Assembly (NCBI GenBank): GCA_035517615.1
Contig: DATIYM010000035.1
Coordinates: 1,493-65,492, forward strand
Source of the DNA: Gemmatimonadales bacterium
GTDB taxonomy: Bacteria; Gemmatimonadota; Gemmatimonadetes; Gemmatimonadales; GWC2-71-9
Direction: 5' to 3'
DNA length: 64,000 nucleotides
Below are positions 26,385 to 34,813 of this stretch, piece by piece (the first letter of the stretch is position 1; each line of letters starts with the position of its first letter). The notes beneath the pieces were generated by a model, which was not told the origin of the DNA, ran no database searches, and saw only the letters and a program-made list of their open reading frames with translations. The position numbers were made by a program, and so were the translations under genes.

Positions 26385-26945
26385 ATGATGCCGGATTCCG
26401 CCCAGGCCGCCGCGTTTCGAGCAAACCTCGAACCCCAGGCCATCGTGCGCAGACAGGACGGCAGCGTCGTCGATGCCAGCCGCGGCTGGCTGGTGCACTT
26501 TGGCCTTGTCCATGAAGACACGGTGGGGCACACGCTCCCGGAGCTCGAGATTTTTGCGGACGCGGCGAGCCAACGCCGGTTCCAGGTCGCACTGGAGCGA
26601 TCCGACGGCATGCAGGACGCGGAATTTGCGCTGCGCGATCGTGGCGGCGGCGTGACCCGGGGACGGGTGACGGTCGACCCGCTGCCGTCGCAACCCGAAT
26701 GCTGCCTTGTGGTGGTCCGAGACAACGTGCCAGTGAGCGAGATGTCCGCCACCCTGGCGCACGAGCTGAATCAGCCGCTTGCGGCGATCATGGCGAACGC
26801 CCTGGCCGGACTGCGGTTCATGGACCGCGATCCGATCGACACGGCGGAGCTGCGGAGCCTGCTGCAAGACATCGTGGCGGACGACCGGCGCGCCACGGAG
26901 ATCATCCACCGATTACGAGCGTTTCTGCGGCACGGGGTGGAATGA
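26385..26945 (+). CDS. PAS plus DHp (H-box) protein lacking an ATP-binding kinase domain
   Basis: The PAS-like N-terminus is followed by the H-box MSATLAHELNQPLAAIMANA. The ORF stops right after the second DHp helix (IIHRLRAFLRHGVE). It is a paralogue of the DHp of the full kinase at 30720..32162. Confidence 0.7.
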   Translation: MMPDSAQAAAFRANLEPQAIVRRQDGSVVDASRGWLVHFGLVHEDTVGHTLPELEIFADAASQRRFQVALERSDGMQDAEFALRDRGGGVTRGRVTVDPLPSQPECCLVVVRDNVPVSEMSATLAHELNQPLAAIMANALAGLRFMDRDPIDTAELRSLLQDIVADDRRATEIIHRLRAFLRHGVE

Positions 26946-27026
26946 GGGTGAGGTAGTACGTTCGGACAATATTCGCGGGCGCGTGCCGCGCCCTATGTTC
27001 ACCCGACCATACTCCAGGAACCCTCC

Positions 27027-27524
27027 ATGACGTTGCGCGCCGCCGCCTTCTCGTTGGTAGTGTCTTCCGCTCTGGTGCTTGTGCCCGCCGTGCTGGGCGC
27101 CCAGGCCAAGAACACTTCGGATACGTCTGTCGAAAACCAGATCGAGCTGCTGCGCACGGACGTGCGGTCCGAGCGCCAGCAAATCGTCTCGAAGCACATG
27201 GCCCTGTCCGACTCCCAGGCTGCCGTATTCTGGCCGCTGTACCGCCAGTACGAGACGGAGAAGGGCAAGCTCATGGACCAGCGCATCGCGCTGATTCGCG
27301 ACTACGCCAAAGTGTACGACTCGATGACAGATGACCGCGCGCGGCAGCTGGCCAACCGTGCGTTCGATCTCGAAGCGCAGCAAGTCACGCTCGCCCGCAC
27401 CTGGTACGGCAATTTCCTGAAGAAGATGCCGGCCAAAACCGCCACCAAGTTCTTCCAGCTCGATCGCTTCCTCGACCACGTGATCGACGTGAAGATTGGC
27501 GGGTCGTTGCCGGCGGTGTACTAA
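27027..27524 (+). CDS. hypothetical periplasmic helical protein
   Basis: Signal peptide MTLRAAAFSLVVSSALVLVPAVLGAQA, with GGAACCCTCC upstream of the ATG. No motif recognised. Confidence 0.6.
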   Translation: MTLRAAAFSLVVSSALVLVPAVLGAQAKNTSDTSVENQIELLRTDVRSERQQIVSKHMALSDSQAAVFWPLYRQYETEKGKLMDQRIALIRDYAKVYDSMTDDRARQLANRAFDLEAQQVTLARTWYGNFLKKMPAKTATKFFQLDRFLDHVIDVKIGGSLPAVY

Positions 27525-27550
27525 CGGCGAAAGACGTCAAGACAAAGGCG

Positions 27551-28156
27551 TCAAGGAGCGAAAGCAAACCCGACATCGATCCCCAACCAGCTCTGATACG
27601 GCGCCTGTCCCGAGGCGAACGCGTAGTTGTAACGCGCCCGGACGATCGCCGTCGCGTCATCCATGCCACCGCCCAGCGGAATCAGCAATCCCAGCGATGG
27701 CGCCAAGCCGACGTGCCAGTTGTTATCGCTGATCGCCCAGAGCCCGATGTCGAGCTCACGCTCGATGTAATAGGTGCCCACGGACAGGCCGAGCAGCGGG
27801 TGGACGCCATGCGGGTTTCCGAGCCCCAGGTCGATGCTCGCAAGGATCGGAAACGCGTTGAAGTAGCGGAATTGCTGACCGGTAATGTCCGCTTGATCGA
27901 ACGTGGACGTCTGCGCGGTCTCCTCGTTCAACACGCTCCAGCCGACATCGAGGCCGGCGGCGGCGCGACCCCCGACCCGCTTCCGCCACGACAGGTTGAC
28001 GCCGCGGAAACTGAACGGGCTCGCGAAGTCCTTGGTGTTGGCGGTCGGCGCCGACATGGACCAGGTCACGGATTCCCACGTCTGGCCATGACCCACCTGA
28101 CCGGCCGCGAGCGCCGGCAGTGCGAGCGTCGCCAGAAGAAATATGGGGATGCGCAT
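27551..28156 (-). CDS. outer-membrane beta-barrel protein
   Basis: Trimmed to MRIPIFLLATLALPALAAGQ (residue 102 of the track ORF). It has alternating strands and a terminal GIDVGFAFAP. Confidence 0.65.
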   Translation of the reverse strand: MRIPIFLLATLALPALAAGQVGHGQTWESVTWSMSAPTANTKDFASPFSFRGVNLSWRKRVGGRAAAGLDVGWSVLNEETAQTSTFDQADITGQQFRYFNAFPILASIDLGLGNPHGVHPLLGLSVGTYYIERELDIGLWAISDNNWHVGLAPSLGLLIPLGGGMDDATAIVRARYNYAFASGQAPYQSWLGIDVGFAFAP

Positions 28157-28164
28157 AGTGCCGC

Positions 28165-28824
28165 TCACTGGGCCGAGAGGTAGGGAGACTGCGCGAACGC
28201 CTGAGCAATCGCCGCGTCGATTCGCTGGGCAATGCTCGCGTCCGAGCCTTCGAGCAGTCCGTTGATCGTGGCCGACCAGATCACCGTCGCCTGCCCGGTC
28301 GTTGGCGGCGGCGGTGGCACATCGGGATCGAGCATGAAGATGAAAATGCTTCCCGACGTGTAGTTCACAGACACCGGTACCCACGGGTAGTAGTAGGTCG
28401 AGCTCGGGCCGTACGGCCAATAACCGCCCCATCCCGGCCACCACCCCCACCACGGCCACCAGGGAACGTAGGCGTACGCGTTGAAGTCGGTGCTCGATCC
28501 GGCAACGAGCACGACCATGTCGGGTTTCGTTCCCACCCCCACGCGCGTGTACCCCACGGCCTGGAGCTGCTGAGCGACGTCCGTCAGGACCTGATGGTCG
28601 AAGGTGTGGTTCAGCGAGGTGTCGTGGCCCGCGGCGACCGAGATGTCCACCACCGAATCGGGCATCGCAAACGTCTTGTTCGCCGCGAAATTCGCCCCAT
28701 TCATGTGAAAGGTGAGCACGACATCAGTTTGCGAAGGGTCTTCAACGCCGCCCGGATGACAGCTCAGGAACCCAGCCGCCATGACAGCCACCGCGAGGCG
28801 ATTCGAAACAGAGCGAAGAAACAT
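28165..28824 (-). CDS. DUF4136-like lipoprotein with Trp/Tyr/Pro-rich insert
   Basis: Trimmed to MFLRSVSNRLAVAVMAAGFLSC (residue 32). The unusual insert reads YVPWWPWWGWWPGWGGYWPYGPSSTYYYPW. Confidence 0.6.
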   Translation of the reverse strand: MFLRSVSNRLAVAVMAAGFLSCHPGGVEDPSQTDVVLTFHMNGANFAANKTFAMPDSVVDISVAAGHDTSLNHTFDHQVLTDVAQQLQAVGYTRVGVGTKPDMVVLVAGSSTDFNAYAYVPWWPWWGWWPGWGGYWPYGPSSTYYYPWVPVSVNYTSGSIFIFMLDPDVPPPPPTTGQATVIWSATINGLLEGSDASIAQRIDAAIAQAFAQSPYLSAQ

Positions 28825-29086
28825 GGTCACGCTCTTGTAACGGGATGAGTGGCGCGCCGCTGCACTCGAAGGTCTCACCATCCAAGTCCAGGTAGTATTG
28901 GACCTTTGGTCAACCAACGAGCGTGGTTGCCAGTCGCATCCGTGCCTTGGGAAACACCTGAACGGGTGCCTCCGGGGTTACATACTTCTTCCCGATGGGT
29001 TACTTCTATCTTCACATTTCGGGAGTTAACTCCACCTCCCTGTCGTTGCCTGAACCGTCACAACGCTGTCGCAAACAGGAGCGCCC

Positions 29087-29884
29087 ATGCGTGCCGCGAT
29101 TTCGAGCAATGTTCCGTACAGCACGATGTTAGATCACCCATCCGTTGAGTCACGCTCCCCCACTCCCGGTTCCGCCGCAACGTCATTCGGGAAATCCCCT
29201 AGCGCTTCACCGACGGTCCATATCGTCGACGACGACGCCTCGGTTCGCAAATCGCTGGCGCGACTGCTCAAGTCGGCTGGCTACCGCGTCGAGACCTATG
29301 AGGGTGCGCAGGATTTCCTCGTGCACGATCATGCTCCGGAGGGCAGCCCGCAGTGCCTCGTCCTCGACGTGCGCATGCCGAAGATCAACGGGCTCGATCT
29401 TCAGACACGGCTATGTGAATCGGGCATGGACCTGCCGGTGATCTTCGCGACCGGACATGGCGACGTCCCGTCGAGCGTGCGGGCGATGAAAGTGGGCGCG
29501 GTGGACTTCCTTACCAAGCCGATCGACGATCGAGCGCTGCTCGGTGCCGTCGAGCGCGGTCTGGCGCTCGATGCGGAGCGGCAGCGCACGACCGCTGTGG
29601 TCAACGAGCTCAAGACCCGCCTCGGACGGCTCACGCCGCGCGAGCGCGAAGTGCTCGCCCTCGTGGTCACCGGCATGCTCAACAAGCAGATCGCGGGACG
29701 CCTTGGCACCTGCGAGCGCACCATCAAAGTGCACCGGGCGCGCGTGATGAAGAAAATGCAGGCGGGCTCCGTGGCCGAGCTGGTGCGCATGGCGGACCTC
29801 GTGAACATCGGCTCCGCACCCATCGCGCTGGCCCATTCCCCCGCGGCGGGAAGCTCCCGCGTTGGTGCCCGGGCAGCCAGGTAA
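29087..29884 (+). CDS. FixJ/NarL-family response regulator (REC + LuxR HTH)
   Basis: VHIVDDDASVRKSL, LVLDVRMPKINGL, FATGHGD and TKP are followed by LTPREREVLALVVTGMLNKQIAGRLGTCERTIKVHRARVMKKM. The start may be the internal MLDHPS. Confidence 0.88.
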   Translation: MRAAISSNVPYSTMLDHPSVESRSPTPGSAATSFGKSPSASPTVHIVDDDASVRKSLARLLKSAGYRVETYEGAQDFLVHDHAPEGSPQCLVLDVRMPKINGLDLQTRLCESGMDLPVIFATGHGDVPSSVRAMKVGAVDFLTKPIDDRALLGAVERGLALDAERQRTTAVVNELKTRLGRLTPREREVLALVVTGMLNKQIAGRLGTCERTIKVHRARVMKKMQAGSVAELVRMADLVNIGSAPIALAHSPAAGSSRVGARAAR

Positions 29885-29987
29885 ACCAAGGTCCCATACC
29901 GGGCGCGCCGTACGCCCTCCATCCTTCGGTATTGGCCCGTGTACGAGGCGCGGCCAGGTTATCACGGGCGCTCTGTCAGGATGGAGT

Positions 29988-30383
29988 ATGGCACCCACGA
30001 CACTTCCGTTCGGACCGGTCATCGCTGTCGTCGAGGACGACGCGTCGGTCCTCAAGGGTCTGACCCGGCTGCTGCAGTCTTCCGGATGTGGCGTCGTGCC
30101 CTTCGTCTCGGCCGAGCAGTTCCTCGCGACGCAGCACGAGTGGGCGCTCGACTGCCTGGTGCTCGATGTGCACTTCGACGGCATGAGCGGGCTCGAGCTG
30201 GCGACCCATCTTGCGGAGACCGATCCCCTTTACCCGATCATCCTCATCACCGCGCTCGATGATCCCGGCATCACGGCCGAGGCCGCGGCGTTGGGGCACG
30301 CCTGCCTGCGCAAGCCGCTGCAGGAAAGCGAATTGCTGGAGGCAATCCATAAGGCCGTGGACCAGAGCCACAAACCGCGCTGA
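29988..30383 (+). CDS. single-domain (CheY-like) response regulator
   Basis: Trimmed to MAPTTLPFGPVIAVVEDDASVLKGL (residue 43), followed by LVLDVHFDGMSGL, LITALDD and RKP. Confidence 0.8.
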   Translation: MAPTTLPFGPVIAVVEDDASVLKGLTRLLQSSGCGVVPFVSAEQFLATQHEWALDCLVLDVHFDGMSGLELATHLAETDPLYPIILITALDDPGITAEAAALGHACLRKPLQESELLEAIHKAVDQSHKPR

Positions 30384-30719
30384 GCCTGCGGGACTGGTGT
30401 AGCGTCCCGTTCCATCGTACAATCCCCAAGCCTCGTAACACCTTGTGCTGCACAATCCTGACAGCGGGGGAGTGCTCTGGATCAGGCCGTTCTCGCAGCC
30501 AAGACGACCATCGGCCGGGACCGTACCGCGTGGGTCCGCAAATCCCTGGGGTTCGGGGGTTCCGTCGCCCTGCTCGGTTTCAGTTATTACCTGAGCGCTC
30601 GGCTTGGATTCGCCTTCCGGTTTCAGAATTCGCCCGTCGTTGTCTTTTGGCCCCCGAATGCGCTCCTCATCGCGGCGCTGCTGTGCGCTCCGCGGTCCCG
30701 ATGGCCCGCCTTCGTTACC

Positions 30720-32162
30720 GTGGCGGCGGTGGCGCACGCGGCGGTCGCCATCGGTGCTGACCTCCCCGCCTGGCGGTGGTCGTGGCAGATCGCCCACAAC
30801 TCGCTGCTCGCCGTTGCAACCACGGTGGCGCTACACCGGGCGGCCGGCCGCCCGCTGCATTTCGGTTCGAAGCAGCAGGTTGTTGTGTTCACCTTGATCT
30901 CGTTTGCGCTGCCGGGGGTCGCGGGCCTGGGCCTGCCGTCGGTGGTCCGCAGCGCGCTCGGAATCGAGACGGCGGCAACGCCGTTGCTGACCTGGCTCCG
31001 CGGCTCGCTCGCCTCCGCTACGGCGATCCTGATCATCGTCCCGGCGATAGTGCTGTGGACCCAGCATGGGTGGCGCACCCTCCAGACCCCGTCGTGGCCG
31101 CGGCGAATCGAAGCCGGGATGGCCATGCTGGCGCTGGTGGCCGTGGGCTCGCTGACGGTGGGCGCCGGCCCGCAGGCAGCGGACTCGCCCGACATGCTCC
31201 TCCTCATGCTCGTACCGCTCCTGTATGCCGCCGTCCGATTCGGGCCCATGGGAGCGGCGACCGCGCTGTTCACCGTCGCCGCGCTCTCCATGTGGGGGAC
31301 GGTTCAGCAGCTCGGGCCGTTCGTGGGGGCGCTCGACGCCTCTCAGGTCCTTTCGTTGCAGACCTTCTGGGTGGTGCTGTGCGTCCCCGTCATGCTGCTC
31401 TCGGCGTCGATCGCCGAACGCGCGCAGATCGAGAGCGCCCTCCAGGAACAGCGGAGCCAACTCGCCCACCTGACCCGCGTGGCGACGGCGGGTGAGCTGT
31501 CCGGCCTGCTCGCGCACGAGCTGCACCAGCCGCTGACGGCGATTCTCGCGAACGCGGAGAGCGCCCTGCTCATGCTCGGACATGGATCGACGAATTCGGC
31601 CGAGCTCGGCGAGATCCTGCGGGAGATCGCCCAGCTCGATCAGCAAGCCGGCGGCGTCATCACCCGCTGGCGCGCGTTCCTGAAGCAGGAGCAACCGCAC
31701 TTCGATCGCCTCGAGCTCGAGGCGCTGCTCCGCGACGCCGCCGCGCTCGGCCGGAGTGCGATCGTCAATTCGCGAACGGAGTTGTTCGCGCACGCGGATC
31801 CGGTACTCCCGTCGGTGCGCGGGGATCGGGTTCAGGTCCTCCAGGTACTCGTCAATCTGCTGGTCAATGCCTGCGAAGCGATGAGCGAGACGCCCGCGCC
31901 CCAGCGCCGGCTGTGGCTGCGCGCCCTGCGGGTGAGCGAGACGGAAGTCGAGTTCCAGGTTACCGATAGCGGATCCGGAATCGCTCCGGGATACGAGCGA
32001 CGCGTCTTCGAGCCGTTCTACAGCACGAAACCGCAGGGACTCGGACTGGGGCTTTCCATCAGCCGGTCGATTGCCGCGGCACACGGTGGCCGTCTCTGGG
32101 CCGAAACCAACGACGGCGGCGGCGCCACCTTTCATCTGGTCCTCCCCGTCGCTTCACAGTAG
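30720..32162 (+). CDS. MASE1-type membrane sensor histidine kinase; conserved N-terminus continues upstream to ~30445 (see finding)
   Basis: H-box LAHELHQPLTAILANAES, N-box LVNLLVNACEAM, G-boxes VTDSGSGI and GLGLGLSISRSIAAAHGG. Upstream and in frame (no canonical start): SVALLGFSYYLSARLGFAFRFQNSPVVVFWPPNALLIAALL, which is MASE1-like. Confidence 0.85.
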   Translation: MAAVAHAAVAIGADLPAWRWSWQIAHNSLLAVATTVALHRAAGRPLHFGSKQQVVVFTLISFALPGVAGLGLPSVVRSALGIETAATPLLTWLRGSLASATAILIIVPAIVLWTQHGWRTLQTPSWPRRIEAGMAMLALVAVGSLTVGAGPQAADSPDMLLLMLVPLLYAAVRFGPMGAATALFTVAALSMWGTVQQLGPFVGALDASQVLSLQTFWVVLCVPVMLLSASIAERAQIESALQEQRSQLAHLTRVATAGELSGLLAHELHQPLTAILANAESALLMLGHGSTNSAELGEILREIAQLDQQAGGVITRWRAFLKQEQPHFDRLELEALLRDAAALGRSAIVNSRTELFAHADPVLPSVRGDRVQVLQVLVNLLVNACEAMSETPAPQRRLWLRALRVSETEVEFQVTDSGSGIAPGYERRVFEPFYSTKPQGLGLGLSISRSIAAAHGGRLWAETNDGGGATFHLVLPVASQ

Positions 32163-32276
32163 AGCTGACACGACGGCTACGCTCCGCTCGTTCACCAAGG
32201 TGCAATGGCCGAACAGCGCTCAGAACCCCACGCTTTACTCCGTAGCATCACCACTACCCACTCGAGGAGCCGTGAC

Positions 32277-32360
32277 ATGAAAAAGGCGACTGCGAAGCGC
32301 GCCAAGAGCGCCAAGAAGACGGCCGCGCCGAAGCGCAAACGGAAACGGCGTCGGCGCTAG
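32277..32360 (+). CDS. possible 27-aa highly basic micro-protein
   Basis: MKKATAKRAKSAKKTAAPKRKRKRRRR, with GAGGAG 8 nt upstream of the ATG and G/C-rich third codon positions like neighbouring genes. Too short for the ORF track. Confidence 0.35.
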   Translation: MKKATAKRAKSAKKTAAPKRKRKRRRR

Positions 32361-32460
32361 GATGTGACACGAGTCAACTCACGTGGCTCCGGGACTCCCC
32401 GGGGCCACGGGGCGCTTCCCGTATTGCTTCCGCACCGCTGCGCCGCCGCGTTGAGATCCC

Positions 32461-33228
32461 ATGAACTTCATTAATAGCCTGCCGATGTGGATGATCCTCG
32501 TCCCCATCCTCGTGATGGCCCTCATCGCGAGCGTGGCCGGTTACCGCTATGGCCGCCGGCACATCGAGGCAGGCACGCACAGCAACATCTCCGGGCTGCG
32601 CGCCAGTACCATCGGTATCGTTGCCCTGCTCTTGGCGTTCTCCTTTTCGATGACCTCGAGCCGTTTCGGCGACCGCTCCCGCACCGTGCTCGAGGAGGCA
32701 AACTCGATCGGAACGTGCTACCTGCGCGCGGGGCTGCTCGACAACCCGGCGCGTGACCGCATCCGGAACGCGCTCAGGACCTATACGGACTCCCGGCTCG
32801 AGAATTACCAGAAGGGCGTCGACTCGAAGGAATACCTTCGCACCACTCTGGCCATGCATGCCGCTCTCGACGAGCTGTGGTCAGGGGTGGAGCAGGCGGT
32901 GCACCAGGACCAGGAGCGCGCCCGCGTCAGCGTCATCGTGCCGGCCGCGAACGACGTGATCGATCTGTCGGGCAAACACAGCTGGTCCGATCACAATCAG
33001 ATGCCGGCGCCAGTGGTATTCCTGCTCGCGGCGACGATCATCATTGCCAGCGTCCTGATCGGCCAGTCGCTGGCCGAATCGGGGCAGCGCCACATCGGGC
33101 TTTGGCTTGCGCTGAACATCCTGTTGGTGCTCGTGATTTTTGTGATCCTGGACTTCGACCGGCCGTTGCGGGGGCTCATCCGCATGAATCAGGCGCCGCT
33201 GGTCGACGTGCGGGAGAGCATGCAGTAA
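32461..33228 (+). CDS. DUF4239-like membrane protein (family recalled from memory)
   Basis: An N-terminal TM pair and two C-terminal TM helices flank a helical soluble region (RFGDRSRTVLEEANSIGTCYLRAGLL). Confidence 0.6.
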   Translation: MNFINSLPMWMILVPILVMALIASVAGYRYGRRHIEAGTHSNISGLRASTIGIVALLLAFSFSMTSSRFGDRSRTVLEEANSIGTCYLRAGLLDNPARDRIRNALRTYTDSRLENYQKGVDSKEYLRTTLAMHAALDELWSGVEQAVHQDQERARVSVIVPAANDVIDLSGKHSWSDHNQMPAPVVFLLAATIIIASVLIGQSLAESGQRHIGLWLALNILLVLVIFVILDFDRPLRGLIRMNQAPLVDVRESMQ

Positions 33229-33232
33229 ATGC

Positions 33233-34084
33233 CTACGAGGCTACGGCGGCCCGCGCGGCCTCCCACGCCCTGAGACAGTGGGCCGCCAATCGCGAATCCC
33301 CGAGCTCCTCGGCCAGGCGCGCCAGATCGTCCCGCGGGCCGCGCCAGCGCAGCTGGTCGACATCGTGAAACACCCTGGCGTCGGTGCGGAGCGTGGCGAG
33401 CCGCTTGAACAAAAGCGCCAGCTCGCGCTGCTCACCCGTTTCGAGAACCGCTTCCGGGAATCGTTCGAGCGGACCGTACTGATTCAATAGTCGCGCCGCC
33501 GTTACGGCGCCGATACCGGGCATGCCGGGAAAGCCGTCGGCCGAGTCGCCGACCAGCGCCAGATAGTCGGGAATGAGCGCCGGTACCACGCCGAACTTTT
33601 CCTTCACTCCCTCCGCATCCCGGATCTTCTGCGTGCGCCGGTCCACCTGCACCACGCGATCGTCCACGACGCACTGCGCCAGATCCTTATCGGGCGTCCA
33701 GATACAGACCTTCTCGACCTGGTCGTCGCGTGCCGCGAGCATGGCGGCCGAGGCGAGCGCATCGTCCGCCTCGAGCTCGATCATGGGCCAGACCGTCACG
33801 CCCATGACCTCGAGCGCGTGCTCGAGCGGCTGGAACTGCGCGAGCAGCGCGGCGTCGATGCCGGCGGACGTCTTATAGCCGGGCCAGAGATCATTGCGGA
33901 AGGACTCGATCACATGATCGGTCGCGACCCCCACATGCGTGGCGCCGGACTCGATCATCTGGAGTACGGTGTGCAACACACGCGCGGCGGCGCCGAACGG
34001 TTGGTCGTCGCCCGAGCTGAACCGGCGCAGCCCGTAGAAGTGGCGGAACAGCTCGTAGGTGCCGTCGATGAGATGGACGATCAT
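33233..34084 (-). CDS. 5'-3' exonuclease / flap endonuclease (PIN-like 53EXO plus H3TH)
   Basis: LIDGTYELFRHFY, ELEADDALASAA, TPDKDLAQCV and DYLALVGDSADGFPGMPGIGAVTAARLL. Confidence 0.88.
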   Translation of the reverse strand: MIVHLIDGTYELFRHFYGLRRFSSGDDQPFGAAARVLHTVLQMIESGATHVGVATDHVIESFRNDLWPGYKTSAGIDAALLAQFQPLEHALEVMGVTVWPMIELEADDALASAAMLAARDDQVEKVCIWTPDKDLAQCVVDDRVVQVDRRTQKIRDAEGVKEKFGVVPALIPDYLALVGDSADGFPGMPGIGAVTAARLLNQYGPLERFPEAVLETGEQRELALLFKRLATLRTDARVFHDVDQLRWRGPRDDLARLAEELGDSRLAAHCLRAWEAARAAVAS

Positions 34085-34132
34085 TGGAACACGAGAGGCG
34101 TCAAGAGAGAGACATCGAGACGCATGCTGCCT

Positions 34133-34582
34133 CTAGCACGGTGTATCCGGCTGCACCCGACAGCAGGCTACTGGCAAATCATCCGCCACATCCCCGGTCG
34201 TATTCCCCGAGGAGCACGTCTGCGCACTACTCGAAACGTATGCGCGGTTACCGAGATAGATGATCGCCGCGAGCGTAACGCCGGTGGCGCCTCCCACCAG
34301 CACCGCCGTGCGGGCCGAGTCACGTTCGCGGACCTGCAGCGCGACCGTCTGCGAGAGCGGCATTTCCCGGTATTTGCCGTCAACAAACCCGATCAGCGTG
34401 TCGCCGCGGACTTCCGGAGCGGCAACCTGGATGACCGTGTGATCGGATTGGGTCACCCAGATCCGGTCCAGCGAGCGCGCCGACCCGATGTCCGCGGGCG
34501 TGACCGTCCGCATGGAGTGACAGGCGCTCGTGAGTACCGCTCCCGCCAGCGCCACGACACCGAGGCGAAACGAATGCGTCAT
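34133..34582 (-). CDS. paralogue 1 of the small WVT/GDTL lipoprotein family
   Basis: Trimmed to MTHSFRLGVVALAGAVLTSAC (lipobox). The core reads RIWVTQSD...VRGDTLIGFVDGKYREMPLSQ, then TM ARTAVLVGGATGVTLAAIIYLG and a Cys-rich tail ...CSSG...ACCRVQPDTPC. Confidence 0.7.
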   Translation of the reverse strand: MTHSFRLGVVALAGAVLTSACHSMRTVTPADIGSARSLDRIWVTQSDHTVIQVAAPEVRGDTLIGFVDGKYREMPLSQTVALQVRERDSARTAVLVGGATGVTLAAIIYLGNRAYVSSSAQTCSSGNTTGDVADDLPVACCRVQPDTPC

Positions 34583-34813
34583 GCGTAGAATTTTAACACC
34601 GGATTCAATCCGGCGTCGCGCATCAGAACACGGCAAGGCACGAACATGTGTGGCGGCTCAAGGGCGGCACCCACAGCCGGTTCAACATCGACGGCTATTA
34701 CTTCTCCGTGGCGGCAGCCGATGTGGCGTTCGCCAACAACTGGCTGTGGAGCTCGGACGATATCGTGTTGTACGACGACCCCGACCACGACGTCGAGAAC
34801 ACGCGCACCAGTT

